A stretch of 64,000 nucleotides of DNA, from assembly GCA_977018835.1 (NCBI GenBank), contig OZ361259.1, positions 1,798,001 to 1,862,000 on the forward strand. Direction: 5' to 3'. Under the pieces are notes generated by a model, which worked only from the letters and a program-made list of their open reading frames with translations, did no database searches and had not been told where the DNA came from. Made by a program: the position numbers and the translations under genes. Origin of the DNA: Minutocellus sp. GHC0000111. Lineage: Eukaryota. Positions 1-11,412 of this stretch are shown one piece after another (the first letter of the stretch is position 1; every line of letters starts with the position of its first letter).

Positions 1-957
1 TTGAATCCGGCAGATCATCTCGCAAGGTTTCGGTGAGGGTCTTGGAAGTCCAGGAATCGCTTCGAGCCTGGCACATCGGTACAACAAAGGCCTGGAGAAA
101 ACCTATATTGCCAGAGGAGTTGCAGGTACGAGAGAGGCCACCATCGACGCTCCAGTGGTCACCAAGGGCATCAAATACACAAGTCTCCCACCGGTCATAA
201 TCTGTACAGAAGGTAGTCGGCCTGGTCGTGCCATTCTTCAAGTCCTTCCAGTCAGCAGCAGCACAATTACCGACGGGATCATATGTCATGCCCTGGTAGT
301 TGAGATATTTCACCTCCCCGGACCGGCCATCGGCGGCATATGTCAAGTTGAGAGCAAGGCGTCGCTGGTGCTTGTCGCCGAGCTTGCTGGTTTTCAGTAG
401 CTTGCGATTGATGGTGACCATGTCGGGAACATCGTCGGCAAATGGACTGGTGCTGACACCGTCGTGTCCTTCAATAACACCAGCATCGGGGTTGAGGCGA
501 ACGATGCCGATCTTGCCGGGTACTTCGTCGACACCAGATGTGCCACGGACGCTGTCTCTCTCCAGCTTCTTGACGAGCGCGCCCTTGGAGAGGGTGAACC
601 AGGTCTCGTCGGTCCAGTCGACGTGGCGGCCGAACCGGTCCTTCAGGTACTCCTTGATGAGGCCGAAGCCGTTGCCGACGCCGTCAGCCTTGAGGAGCTT
701 GTCCCGGTTGTTCATGTACCTCGGAGGTTCGTCGACATGTACTCGGCCCAAGAGCACATAATTGATTCGATGTCGCCGGGCGATGCGACGTCTTCGGGCG
801 TCAAGTCGTCGACAAAGGGAAGACCGATATGCTGAAGATATGCATTGAATCGGGTCTTGTACGATGATAACTCGGGTGGTGCCCTTGGGACTGCCGTGCG
901 GCGAAGGCCGGCGGTGGCGTTCGTGGCGGCGGTAGCAGCAGTAGTAGCGGCGGCCAT
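1..957 (-). mobile_element. Crypton-like tyrosine recombinase gene, 5' part (runs off the window), with one frameshift near 720
   Basis: ORF 712..957 continues in another frame that stays open to base 1. My translation: PRYMNNRDKLL...RRLALNLTYAADGRSGEVKYLNYQGMTYD...WKDLKNG...CVFDALGDHWSVDGGLSR. 'RLALNLTYAADGRSGEV.YL' resembles tyrosine-recombinase box I with the catalytic Arg. One extra C in 'ctccgagg' would join the frames. Confidence 0.6.
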
Positions 958-1470
958 GGTGTCAAAAGACTTAAGTTTTTATTTTGGCTCGCAGCCAAGA
1001 TGCGCTTTCAGTTGGTGCTTGGCATCGCGGGGAAAATCTTGAAGTCTTCTCGCAGCAAACATGCGAGCCAAACTTTACCCAGGAATCCCCCCGAAACACC
1101 CGGGTAAAGTTCGGAAGCAAGGCGCAAAAAGCGCGTGGTGGTCATCACACGAAAGTCAAGGCCCCCACTTAACCACCTTTTCTCAACACTTTGACAAGGA
1201 ATGACACATGCAAAAGCCCCCATACTCAATATTTTGTAAGAAATGATTATCATGATGTTTCTCATCCCCAAACGAATAAACTGACAATCCACGCTCCTCT
1301 CTTTCTTTTGGCGATCGATGGAATGCATGGCAACATGATGACATCGGCCAGACGGCCGATAGCCGAAAGTGAGGAGCTCCACGGAACATTACAGTCTCCA
1401 ACAACCACAAGATCCATCCAAAGATTGCACGCGTAATAAATCTGCACAACACTGAATCTTCAGATCAAAG

Positions 1471-3687
1471 ATGCGCCTCTCTACTGGTATCATCTCTGTA
1501 CTTCTCGGCAAATCAATGGCGTCGGCCTTCTCCCCGGACGATCTGCCTCTGACGGTGGCCCACCGACTCGTCCTACATGCCATCGAGCAGCAATCGTCAA
1601 TATCACCAAATGACTCGTCGTCAGCACGCCAGCTGAGCCACGCTGACAATAAGCATCGGCCTTGTTCCATTTGCTACGATGGGAATGACCCCTTCCATCC
1701 CGGTAGACGCCTCCAGCTGCGGATTGATGATGCAAGTGGATCATTTAACACTTCCGGACAGGAGGTGGCAATCAATGAAGAATCGCCAGGCGCACAAACT
1801 CCGCTGACTTGCGTGGACTACGAAAGCACCTTTCTATCGAAGCTTTTCCCAAACGACTCATCTTGTCAGGCGTTTCAGGTGCGTACAGCGAAGCACATGA
1901 GCAAAGATTCAGCAACGCAGCATGTCATTGATATCTACATTGAGTACATTTCAATATGCATGCAGTTTAATTTCTATATGTTAGTCCCAAAATGCGCACT
2001 GTCCCAGTTCGCGAACTGGGATCCCAGTTTGCGAACTGAGATTCATTTATCCCAGTTTGCGCACTGGGCCCCAGTTCCCAAACTAGGATCTCAGTTTGCG
2101 CACTGATACTACCAGAATGGAAACTGAGATAAACACGCCAATCCGAATTTGGGAACCAGACGAGTTCGCGAACTGGAACAAAAATGAATACCAGTTTGGA
2201 AACTGGCATTCTCGGCAAGTGTCAGAATGGTAACTGCCGGTGTTGGCTCATGCACAATGATTATGTACTGGTAGATCTATCTACAATACAAGTTGCACTG
2301 TGCATCATATCTTGAATTTGCAAGCTACATGTACTGGTACAGTAGCAACATGATGCCGGCATAGCACAGATGCATGTACAGTATATGACTTATATTTGCC
2401 AGAAGCAGCTAGCTAGATATTATTATTTATTCACTATATGTATATAGTATCAGCTAATGCCAATTATTGAGTATCAGCTCCGGCACTAATGTCGTCTGGA
2501 CGTCTGGACCAGGTTTGGGCTGTGTTGCTTCACTATGAAAAAATGAAGCGAGGAGAAGCAAAGGCGATATCATCCATGCAAAATATTCATTATTTCTCGA
2601 TTGATCCCAGTTTGCAAACTGAGATTGTGCCTATGATCCCAGTTTCCAAACTGGGATAAATAAATCCTAGTTCGCAAACTGGGATCCCAGTTCGCGAACT
2701 GGGACAGTGCGCATTTTGGGACTAACATATACATCTTTATGCACGAATATAGTTGAAGTTCTAATACACCGCTTTGCCTTTCATCATTCTTCGTCCTCGC
2801 CGTAGGGAAGCGTCGCAGACATCTGTGTGTGTGCCCGCCCACCATCTCTTTGCACTCTTTGTGAGTTCGGCATGCAGCCCCCGAAGCCCGACAATGACAT
2901 TCCTTCTGGGATGGTAGGAAATACCGACCCCATCACGTGTTTGGACTTTGATCAGTCCTTCTCTTCTCCCTTTTCTCCAAGCCTATTCCTAGAAAATGAC
3001 GCGAAATGCGATGCCGTGCGATCCGTCGGCAAGATGTTCTGCGGATGTTCCACACCCTGCAGACTCTGTGGGGAAGGATACCGCATAGGCAATCCAACTC
3101 ATCCTGTTCGCGATATGCAGAACCTCCTCGACAGTATCGTAGGACCCTTTGAGGAAGATGAGGGCCCTACATGCCGAGACGTTTCCAATGCCGCAGCCAC
3201 CGCATCGGCGCTATTTTCCATTTCCGCCGACGTGGCCTCAGCTCTCGACTATGGCATCGATCCAGAAACGGCCCACAGCGTCAACGCAGATTACATCTGT
3301 GAACTCTACAGGTCGGCATTTGCATCAGAATGTGACTGCATCAGAGTATCGATGCTTAAGAATGCGCGTCGTGGATGCAACATTTGTGACAATAACGAGT
3401 ACGCCGATCCGAATCAATCGGTCCAAGTCACAGTCGATGGTGTTTCCATCGGCACGACTTGCGCCAACGTCGATGCCTTTGCTCTTCTTGGACTCGATGT
3501 TTGCTCGGAAATCACCGCAAGACACTGCCCGTGCGAGGATGATTTCATTTTAATTAGCAGCCACATTACTGTTGATCATACTGATGCTTCCGACAAAAGG
3601 GCAAGCAATGCTGAGACACAGTTCGATGCTGTCGGACTGATCCTTGCCGTATCCACCATGATTGTAATTGTCGCGAGCATCTTGTAG
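1471..3687 (+). CDS. Secreted or membrane-anchored Cys-rich repeat protein; exons 1471-1878 and 2806-3687
   Basis: Signal-like N-terminus. GT at 1879 and AG at 2804-2805 join the exons in frame (FQ|GSVADICVC). Four CxxC...TC...C...CxC modules. Hydrophobic C-terminal tail (TM or GPI signal). The intron contains a MITE. Confidence 0.75.
1977..2729. mobile_element. MITE family A, copy 1 (in the intron of the Cys-rich gene)
   Basis: About 61-bp perfect TIR TATGTTAGTCCCAAAATGCGCACTGTCCCAGTTCGCGAACTGGG..., TA on both sides, non-coding. Related copy at 36693-37306. Confidence 0.92.
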
Positions 3688-3732
3688 GAATTCGCAAATA
3701 ACATAATTAACTTATATGCATTCTCATGAAGC

Positions 3733-5937
3733 TTAATCCCCATTGATCTGTGTTGCATCGCTAAAGGAGGAACTCATGTGCCCCGGAGAATCGTCCCCAC
3801 TGCCTTCGGCGGCGGGCGGCTTTTTCAGCCCCAAGGCTTCTCCGATGGCCGTCAGCTCATCGGTGAACCTACCGATGACTGCCCTCCGGGCCTCGTCACC
3901 AGTCAGGTGGACGTCTTTGCGATTGCTTTGCCCACTTTCAATGTTGGAGGACAATGCTGATGAAAAGATTTGGTCTATGGATAGATCATCATCACAGAAA
4001 GCGTCAATTAGGTCGCTGTCCGTGTTGGAGGAGCCCTTGGCGTCAGGTCTGTTGGATTGCTGGACAGAATGCTGCATGCTTTCTTCGTCCAACGCCATGG
4101 AGGTTTCCACAATCGATCGGTTGGCGACCCACTGGGCAAAGTTGAGAGATACCTCACCCCCAAGCTCTTGCGGTAAACATTGGCGGGGAAGGCTGCACGA
4201 TGCCAGCTCGTGGAGAACATACTGTTCCGTTCCGGAGTGCAGCCTGGTTCGGAGGCGGACGTTCCGCCCCAGTATGTACTTTAGGATGGGATAGGCGTAC
4301 GACATGACAGGACTGGGGTGGCAGATGTGGCAGGAACGGATGCGGATGGGCATCACCTCAAACAGAGCCTTCATGTGGTGCTGCTGCTTGGTGGAGATTT
4401 GCGATCGGCTTACGTTGCGGTAGTCGGCCAAACCGACGAATCCTGCCCTCCGGATGGTCGGGTCGGCGGTGAGGCTGTCGAAGAGATAGAAGAGGGCCCG
4501 TCCCTCCTGCTCGAGGGGGAACGCGGCCAGGTTCCGCCGGGAGGGTTGGTAGAACAGAATGGCCCGGCCGCTGGTGTCCGTGAGTGGGAGGACGTGGATG
4601 ACGCAATGTTGAATCATATCGGCGACGTCGTCCCGGATGGCACCATCAATAGTCATGGGGAGAAAGGCCCGGTGGGTCCCAAAGGTGTCGAGGCGGAGCT
4701 GCCAGTACGCGACGAGACGGAGGGCGGCACGCTGAGCGTTGAGGTCCTCCCGCTCCAGGAAGGCTGCCTTGCGGTCTCTACTGTTGACCTCGGCGGGACA
4801 TTCGAGGCAGGCTTGGAGGTAGGCATCCTTGAGGGACGGGTCAATTTTGGTAAGCTCGATGTCCAAGCGTTGGATATCGGCGTCGGTCGCCTCGACGGCA
4901 TCGTCGGGCGGTGGTGCCTGGCACCCCTTGTTTTTGGATGAGGACAATGAGGAGGATGTGGTTTGTGGTGTGCGGCCTTTCTTCTTATTTTTCTTGGCTT
5001 GGGGCTGAGAAGAATTGCTACTGCTGCTGCTGCTTGGTTGTTGCTGCTGCTGCAGCTTTTGTGGGGCCGAAGACAACGACGACTAAGACGAAAGCTTCAT
5101 ACCACCAAAGTTGGCCTGGACACCTCTCAGATCCTTCTCGACGCTGATAATTTCATCAATCGACAGGGTAGCCAGCTCCCTTCTCTCTTCTTCGACGGTG
5201 AAGCGGGGGGTGGACTGGTCGATGGTTGCATTGTCGACAGGGTTGGCGTCCATCGGTATCTCGTTGCCCTGAGACGAAGCACTGGCCATAATGTTGGTCA
5301 GCGATGGGTTCCACTGAAAGGATGCTGGGTCAGTGTTCTGTGCCTGTGTCTGCTGCTGATCGCAATTCATATTGCTTGAGCCAGCGCCGGCAGAAGCAGG
5401 AGCAGTGCCGTTGGCCTTCGCTGCCATCGACTGCGACAAGAGTGACAGGAGCGTCGTGTCGTCCAGGACTGGTAGCGTCGAGGAGGAATCTGCGGTTGCG
5501 TTCTTCGCATTTACACCTGCAGCAGTTGTTGCTGTTGGAATTCCGCACGCATGAGGAAGTGCCTTGCCGGCAATGCGCCTGCATTCTCCCGTCGGACCAA
5601 ACGACGACGACGCACTCGTGCTCGTGCTCATCTGTGAGGAAGATGTGCCGGTTGCATCTGCATATGTCTGTACTGGTGCAGCGCTCGTCGAGGCGGAGGC
5701 ACGGGCAGAAGCAGCAGAAGCAGCAGCGGAAGAAGGATCGACGACGGAACCGAACGCAGCGAACAGAGTTTGGAGGCCCTGCTGCGTCAGGGCCGAATCG
5801 CCGGAGATGCTGTCATTGCCATTGCCATTGCCATTGCCATCGGCGTCCGCTTGCCCGCCCCCACTGCGAGAAGCATTCGTATGACCAGAGGCGTACTGAT
5901 ATCCCGACTCTGATGTGCCATCGGAGAAATTATTCAT
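3733..5937 (-). pseudogene. CRAL-TRIO (Sec14-like) domain protein interrupted by an in-frame TAG at 5083-5085
   Basis: ORFs 5083..6156 and 3733..5076 share a frame (MKLSS*SSLSSAPQ). CRAL-TRIO features: AFLERE...AALRLVAYW.LR...FG; MPIRIRSCHICHP; LPQELGG. The alignment with the paralog at 6571 spans the stop. Likely ATG at 5937. Confidence 0.75.
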
Positions 5938-6570
5938 TGGAAGAAAAAAAAGAGTACGTGCGCAGAAAAAAACTGAACAAGACACGCCGAACGCCCGAGA
6001 AAAGGAGGGAGTGGACCTGTTGCGGCAGACTGCCGTGGTATCAGGTGGTATGGGCGTGCGTCCTGCAGAGGTGGTTTTATGTGGTGATTCGCTGCTGCGC
6101 GGAGCTTGTGTGCGGGGTCTGTTTGATTTGTGGCTGGTTTTGCTGAGAGGCTTCATCAGTTCGGTTCAGTTTCGCCGCAATCTACAAAAAATATTTATTG
6201 TGTTGCGTCACAGCTACGACTACAATATGAAACTGATGCGCTGGCGGGAACAGCAGGAAACGTCGGTCTCTGAAGATGACGCACAAAAACACAAAAAGTC
6301 GGGACAGTACATGTCGCCTGCACCGTGCTTCTGACGAACATGCTCGGCCATCGCATCGATAGCATCCTCATCACCGTCACCGGCCTGCACACATGGCATG
6401 CATCAAGGAGCCGAGCCGGCCTCTTCTTCGCTTCATTGCAATCCCCCAGCTACCAGTAGCTACGTAGAAGATGGGAGGGAGGAAATTGGAACTGAGGACG
6501 AGATCGCGGGTACGTGTAGGATTTAAACACAGACGAGTAGTCGGAAACGCACCACGGATCTGAAAAAAAA

Positions 6571-8277
6571 ATGAGCACAACAGCAGCCGCCGGCACCGCC
6601 GCCGTGGCGATGGCCCAGGACGTGTCCGGCCGGCAGTCGGCCCCGTTCACGCAAGAGCAGGAGGCCGCCGAGCTCGCCACCCTGACGGTCGACGAGATTG
6701 TGTCGGCTGAGGCCGACCTGCGCGGCGTCACGGCCGGCATGGGACGGCTGCAGGTGTCTTCTTCTTCTTCGGGGTCTTCTGCTGCTGCAGCCATGCCGTC
6801 GTATCCTGCCGGTATGAGTGGAGTTATCAATAGCAATGATACATTGAGCGTCAGGATCCCCACGAACCGCGACCTTCTGGCCATGGAGGCAGCCCTCGAC
6901 AAGATCCCCCTCGGTCAAAAGTCCGCCTACCTCCAAGCCTGTCGCCGATGTCACGCGGCCGACCAACAATCACCGGGCACCGGTGACGTCTACTCTTTAT
7001 CGGCACAATTCAAATCGCATTTTTTGGAACGCGAGAATTGCCACCCCACACTGGCCGCGCAGCGGTACGTGTCGTACTGGACCACCCGACTGGACACCTT
7101 TGGGCCCGAACTGGCCTACCGTCCCATGACGTTGAGTGGTGCCCTTGCCCAAGAGGTGGGGGACATGGTAAATCACTCGGTATTCCAAATATTGCCCCAC
7201 ACCGACGTCAGCGGTCGGGCCATCATATGGTTCCACCTCGGCCGGCGGCGGTTCGATCTATTGTCGGAAGAGAGGGAATCGCGCATATTGTTTTATCTAT
7301 ATCATACCTTGTGCGGCGATACTTCGGATGAGGAAATCCGACGGGCCGGATTTGTTTTGGTGGTGACCTCGCCGGAGGTCGATCGCACGAAAACAAGCTT
7401 TCGGCAGCAGCAATTCTTGGGACAGCTGGCCGACGTCATGCCAATTCACATGCGGTCGGGACACATATGTCAACCGTCGCCGACGTTTTACTACGCCATC
7501 TATCCCGTGCTGCGCATGTTCATGGGACGCAAGTGGCGGTTGCGGACGCGGTTGCATTACGGGGATCGGGAGGCCGTACTGCGAGAGCTCGACACGTACG
7601 GTCTGCCCAGGCAACGGCTGCCTACGGATATTGGGGGGACGTACGTGTTGAATCTGCCCCGATGGGTGGGAAAACAGTCCATGAAGGAGAAGCAGGTGGA
7701 GGCGCGGTATTCCGAGGAGCGGTTGCGGAGAGATGAGGAAAAGGAGCGGCAGAGGAAGCAGGAGAATATGGAAAAAGAACAAAGAGCGAAGGCAACTGAT
7801 CTTGATGCCCATGGTGTGACATCCAAGCGACAGAGAGATAGTTCTGCGCAGGACGGTAAGGGGACGAACGAAAGTGCCAAGGAGGCCAGGTCGCGCATCA
7901 TCGGCAGGTTCAACGAACAACTGCTGAGCATAGGCGCAGTAGGCGGAAACGGCGACAATCGTAAAGGCGATGGAGCAGAATCGAACCAAACATCACAATC
8001 GACAACGTTGGGGGAGGTGGACATGCCCGACGAGGACATACTTTCCCTTTTGGCCGATGCATATGCCAGACGAGAGACTACCGAAGGTAGGAGGTCCTCC
8101 GAGCAATATTCTTCCAATAAGAAGCAAGATGCTATGAGTAAAGGCGATGTGAATGGTGATGCTTTGGGCGACCTGGTTGATCATTTGGACGAGGAAGCCT
8201 TTGAATCGCTTTGGGATGATTGTGACTTGCTTACCTCCGATGAAACGAAAGACGGCGATGGAACTCTTCTGGGATGA
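6571..8277 (+). CDS. CRAL-TRIO (Sec14-like) lipid-binding domain protein
   Basis: 568-aa ORF with HFLERE...AAQRYVSYW.TRL..FG, MPIHMRSGHICQP and LPTDIGG. Head-to-head paralog of 3733-5937. Confidence 0.85.
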   Translation: MSTTAAAGTAAVAMAQDVSGRQSAPFTQEQEAAELATLTVDEIVSAEADLRGVTAGMGRLQVSSSSSGSSAAAAMPSYPAGMSGVINSNDTLSVRIPTNRDLLAMEAALDKIPLGQKSAYLQACRRCHAADQQSPGTGDVYSLSAQFKSHFLERENCHPTLAAQRYVSYWTTRLDTFGPELAYRPMTLSGALAQEVGDMVNHSVFQILPHTDVSGRAIIWFHLGRRRFDLLSEERESRILFYLYHTLCGDTSDEEIRRAGFVLVVTSPEVDRTKTSFRQQQFLGQLADVMPIHMRSGHICQPSPTFYYAIYPVLRMFMGRKWRLRTRLHYGDREAVLRELDTYGLPRQRLPTDIGGTYVLNLPRWVGKQSMKEKQVEARYSEERLRRDEEKERQRKQENMEKEQRAKATDLDAHGVTSKRQRDSSAQDGKGTNESAKEARSRIIGRFNEQLLSIGAVGGNGDNRKGDGAESNQTSQSTTLGEVDMPDEDILSLLADAYARRETTEGRRSSEQYSSNKKQDAMSKGDVNGDALGDLVDHLDEEAFESLWDDCDLLTSDETKDGDGTLLG

Positions 8278-8694
8278 TGATTCGATTCGAACTCACAACC
8301 ATCGTAAAATTAAGCGTTCCCATCACTGATTTGAATGTTGGCACGTTGTATTTTGTGGCAGAATATACAATTGTTTTGATAGGATGCAAGTTGGTATTGT
8401 CTTGCGACGGTGCATGTATGAGCAAAGCCTAGCTAGCCATCGCATTGCCCATTTTGAACTAATCACCAAAAAATATTATATGTACCGGTATAATTCTATT
8501 GCGCCTATTACCAGCTCAGTCGACTACGTAGAAAGAAAACCCCTGGCAAATTTAAACCTTGCGACTCAGTGATCTTCGAACTCGTTGCACGCCAGCACAA
8601 TGAGCCTAGCTAGTTGCCGATGCGAAACGCTCATTTTCCGCTGTTGGCCATCCGTTTGCACCCAGCAAAACCTAACAATAATATCTCCAAATAC

Positions 8695-11171
8695 CTAATC
8701 TAAATTCCTCAGAAAGTCCTTTCCGAGACTCTGCAACTTGTTGGCAGCCATAACGGTACTAACTGCAGCTCGGAACTTTCGCTTGGCGTTGAACTTACGC
8801 AGCTCCGTGAGGTTGGTGCCCAAATCGTGGTTGGCAAGAGTGGTATCGTCCTCGATCATCCACGGCGCCCGAAGAGCCTGCTTGGCGTCCAATCGCTTGG
8901 AAGGGTCGACAGTGAGAAGGCTGGAAATGAGGCCCTTGGCGTCCGCCGAGACGGCGCCCCAGTACTCCTCATGGAACTGATAAAATAAAAATAATGAAAA
9001 AAAAATAAAAGAAAATTGAGTTTTTGGTCAAGTGGTCGGCGCCATCGCTTACGAACGCGTCAGGTAGAATAAAGTACAGTAAAAATCGCGGAGGACGAAA
9101 AGAATATAATACTCACCTCGTAGTCGCCGCGTCGGATCTTGCGGAACAACTCGCGCTGGTTGCTTTCGATGAACGGCGGATACCCACCGAGAAGAATGTA
9201 CAAAATGACCCCAACGGACCACATGTCGGCCTTGGTGTCGTACGGGGTACCCTCCAAGATTTCGGGAGCGACATAGCCGGGAGTACCGCACTGCGTCGAC
9301 AGACTCTTGGGACTCAGAACCTTTTTGGCAAAACCAAAGTCGGCAATCTTGACGGACGAGTCGGAATCATCCGACACCAGCAACAGATTCTCCGGCTTGA
9401 GGTCACGGTGGGCAATGTTGTGTCGGTGACAATACCCGAAGGCCTCGAGGATGATGCGGCAGGTATCACGGGCCTCCTTCTCGTTGTAGTAGGCCTTGGC
9501 GACGATGCGATCGAACAACTCACCGCCGGTCATCTTTTCCATGACGAGGTAGTAGTTGCCCGGCTCCTCGAAGAAGTCGTACAGTCGGATGATGTGCGCG
9601 TGTCGGAGCTCCTTGAGGATGGCCACCTCGTCGAGGAGGGCGGCGGCATCTTCCTCGGTGAGCTTGGACCGGTTGACGCACTTGATGGCGAACATTCGGT
9701 CGCGGTAGCGGCGATGGTAGCCCTCCCGGACGGTAGAGAAGGCACCGGTGCCGAGCTACACAAATAATTTTGGACAATATGTGAAATAACAATGAAACGC
9801 ATGGGCGTGAGATGAAGGCATGTTGAGGCGGTATATTTTGTGGGGGTGAAGCAGTAGCAAGATACCGACAAGCGCTGGAGAGGGTCATTCGACACCGGGC
9901 CAAACACATATGTGCATTTGTCAACATTCCAATGATGTGGCCCAAGAACTAACATTTGATATACATGAAGTCAAAACTTACCACCTCCTTGAGCCGATAA
10001 AGCTCGTCAAAGGACTTGCCGGAACTGGAATCCGGCTGAGGGATGTCGCTGGCCTTGACGCTCTGCGCACTCACAAAGAGCTTGGCCGATTCGGCCGACA
10101 TCTCCTCCTTCTTCTTCATCTTGTCCCGGCGGGAGAACATCTTGGCTTCGTCCGGGTTGGCGTACGGGGCACCCGACGAGGCTGCGCGGGGTGGTTGAGA
10201 GGATTTGCCGGTGGCGGCCGAGGCGGTCGACGTGCGCGACTTGCGTTCCCGGCTGGACGGGGAGGATGTTTGGGGCGGGGCCGTTACCGCTGCAGACGCT
10301 GCGGGCTGGGCCGAAGAGCGTGATTGACGCGCTCCGCTTGTACGGGACGTCCGGTTGGTGGTGCCCTGCGGCTGAGCGGTGGGCGATCGGCTACGAGGCT
10401 TGGTGCGCTCTCGTTCCCGCTCTCGTGCTCGGTTGCGGCTGTCGCGATTCTCCGTGCGAGTGCGGCTACCACGAGGCTCACTACCACGCTCACCCGACGA
10501 AGATCGTGGGGCACCTGCTCCTGCTGCTCCCGATCGACGTGCCGACTGTCTGGCCGCACTGGTACCTGGCACCGGTTGTTGGGCTCCGTTGGCTCCGCTT
10601 CCGCCGCCGCCGCTTCCTCGGTAGTTGGGATGATCCGCGAATGGATCCGGTTGTGCCGTCTGTTATTGATGGACGAAAGATATATATCCCGATATATTCG
10701 TTTCAATATGAGAGATGTTATCCAAGGCAAACCAAACAATCGCAGCGAGATTCAGTTCAATAATTCCAATTGGCAATCCAATCCAACCCAAGTGGCGCAA
10801 TTTTTCATTTCAGGACAGTTTCCGGCACAAAAATTTACCGGAAAAATAGAGAGATGAAATTTGTGTGAGATTAAAATGACGTACACTCGGTATCTTGTAT
10901 GCAAATTCAAACAGAATGACTCCAACACCTAGGGGAGCCCCAGGAGAAAGCGTGTGAGGGTTGCAAGCAAGTTTTCGGGTCCAACGTGACGTGCCTGTTT
11001 CGCCGCACGTATCGCCTGCGCTACCCCCCACGGAAAGATACTGCCAACACATGCGCTCGATGATTCTACTCACCCCACCGACGTAGGGGTCGTACTCCTG
11101 CTGCGCTGATCCGCGAGGGTCAGAGGGTTTCTGCCGGCGCGATCGGGCCCCGGACGAGGTCTGGTTCCCAT
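8695..11171 (-). CDS. CaMK-family Ser/Thr protein kinase; exons 11171-11074 (1-bp deletion), 10659-9982, 9755-9117, 8976-8695
   Basis: LGTGAFS, AIK, HRDLKPEN, DFG, GTPGYVAPE, DMWSVG, and a C-terminal LRKFNAKRKFRAAV calmodulin-binding-like segment. GT-AG junctions checked in frame. Exon 1 is inferred and is less certain than the rest. Confidence 0.88.
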
Positions 11172-11412
11172 TGCAAAAAGAATGAGAGGGGCAGACGTTC
11201 CATGCAGCCTGATGTGCGGAAAGAGCGATTTAGATGAGCAGGAATAGAGGGGCAAATGAGGGCATTACTTATGCCCTCCCCCCTAAATTGGCACGTGATG
11301 TGCTCACATTTTCCGCTGACTTCGACTCCTCCACGGTAGATACTGGTTGAAACAAAGAAGCGAAGCGCAGTTCCATTTTGCTCTTTGTTCATTATTTTTA
11401 TTAATCGCCGCC

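Noticed and set aside
155..835. Plus-strand ORFs 155..400, 300..761 and 464..835
   Set aside because: Antisense shadows of the minus-strand recombinase frame.
1967..2845. ORFs in the MITE (also 36686..36934) and a possible CRISPR-like array
   Set aside because: Non-coding palindromic transposon arms. The repeats lack unique regular spacers, and the context is eukaryotic with no cas genes.
5813..5840. (GGCAAT)n repeats here and at ~29638-29666; (GGT)n at ~34338-34364
   Set aside because: Ordinary coding microsatellites (Gly-Asn, poly-Thr), not telomeric or regulatory arrays.
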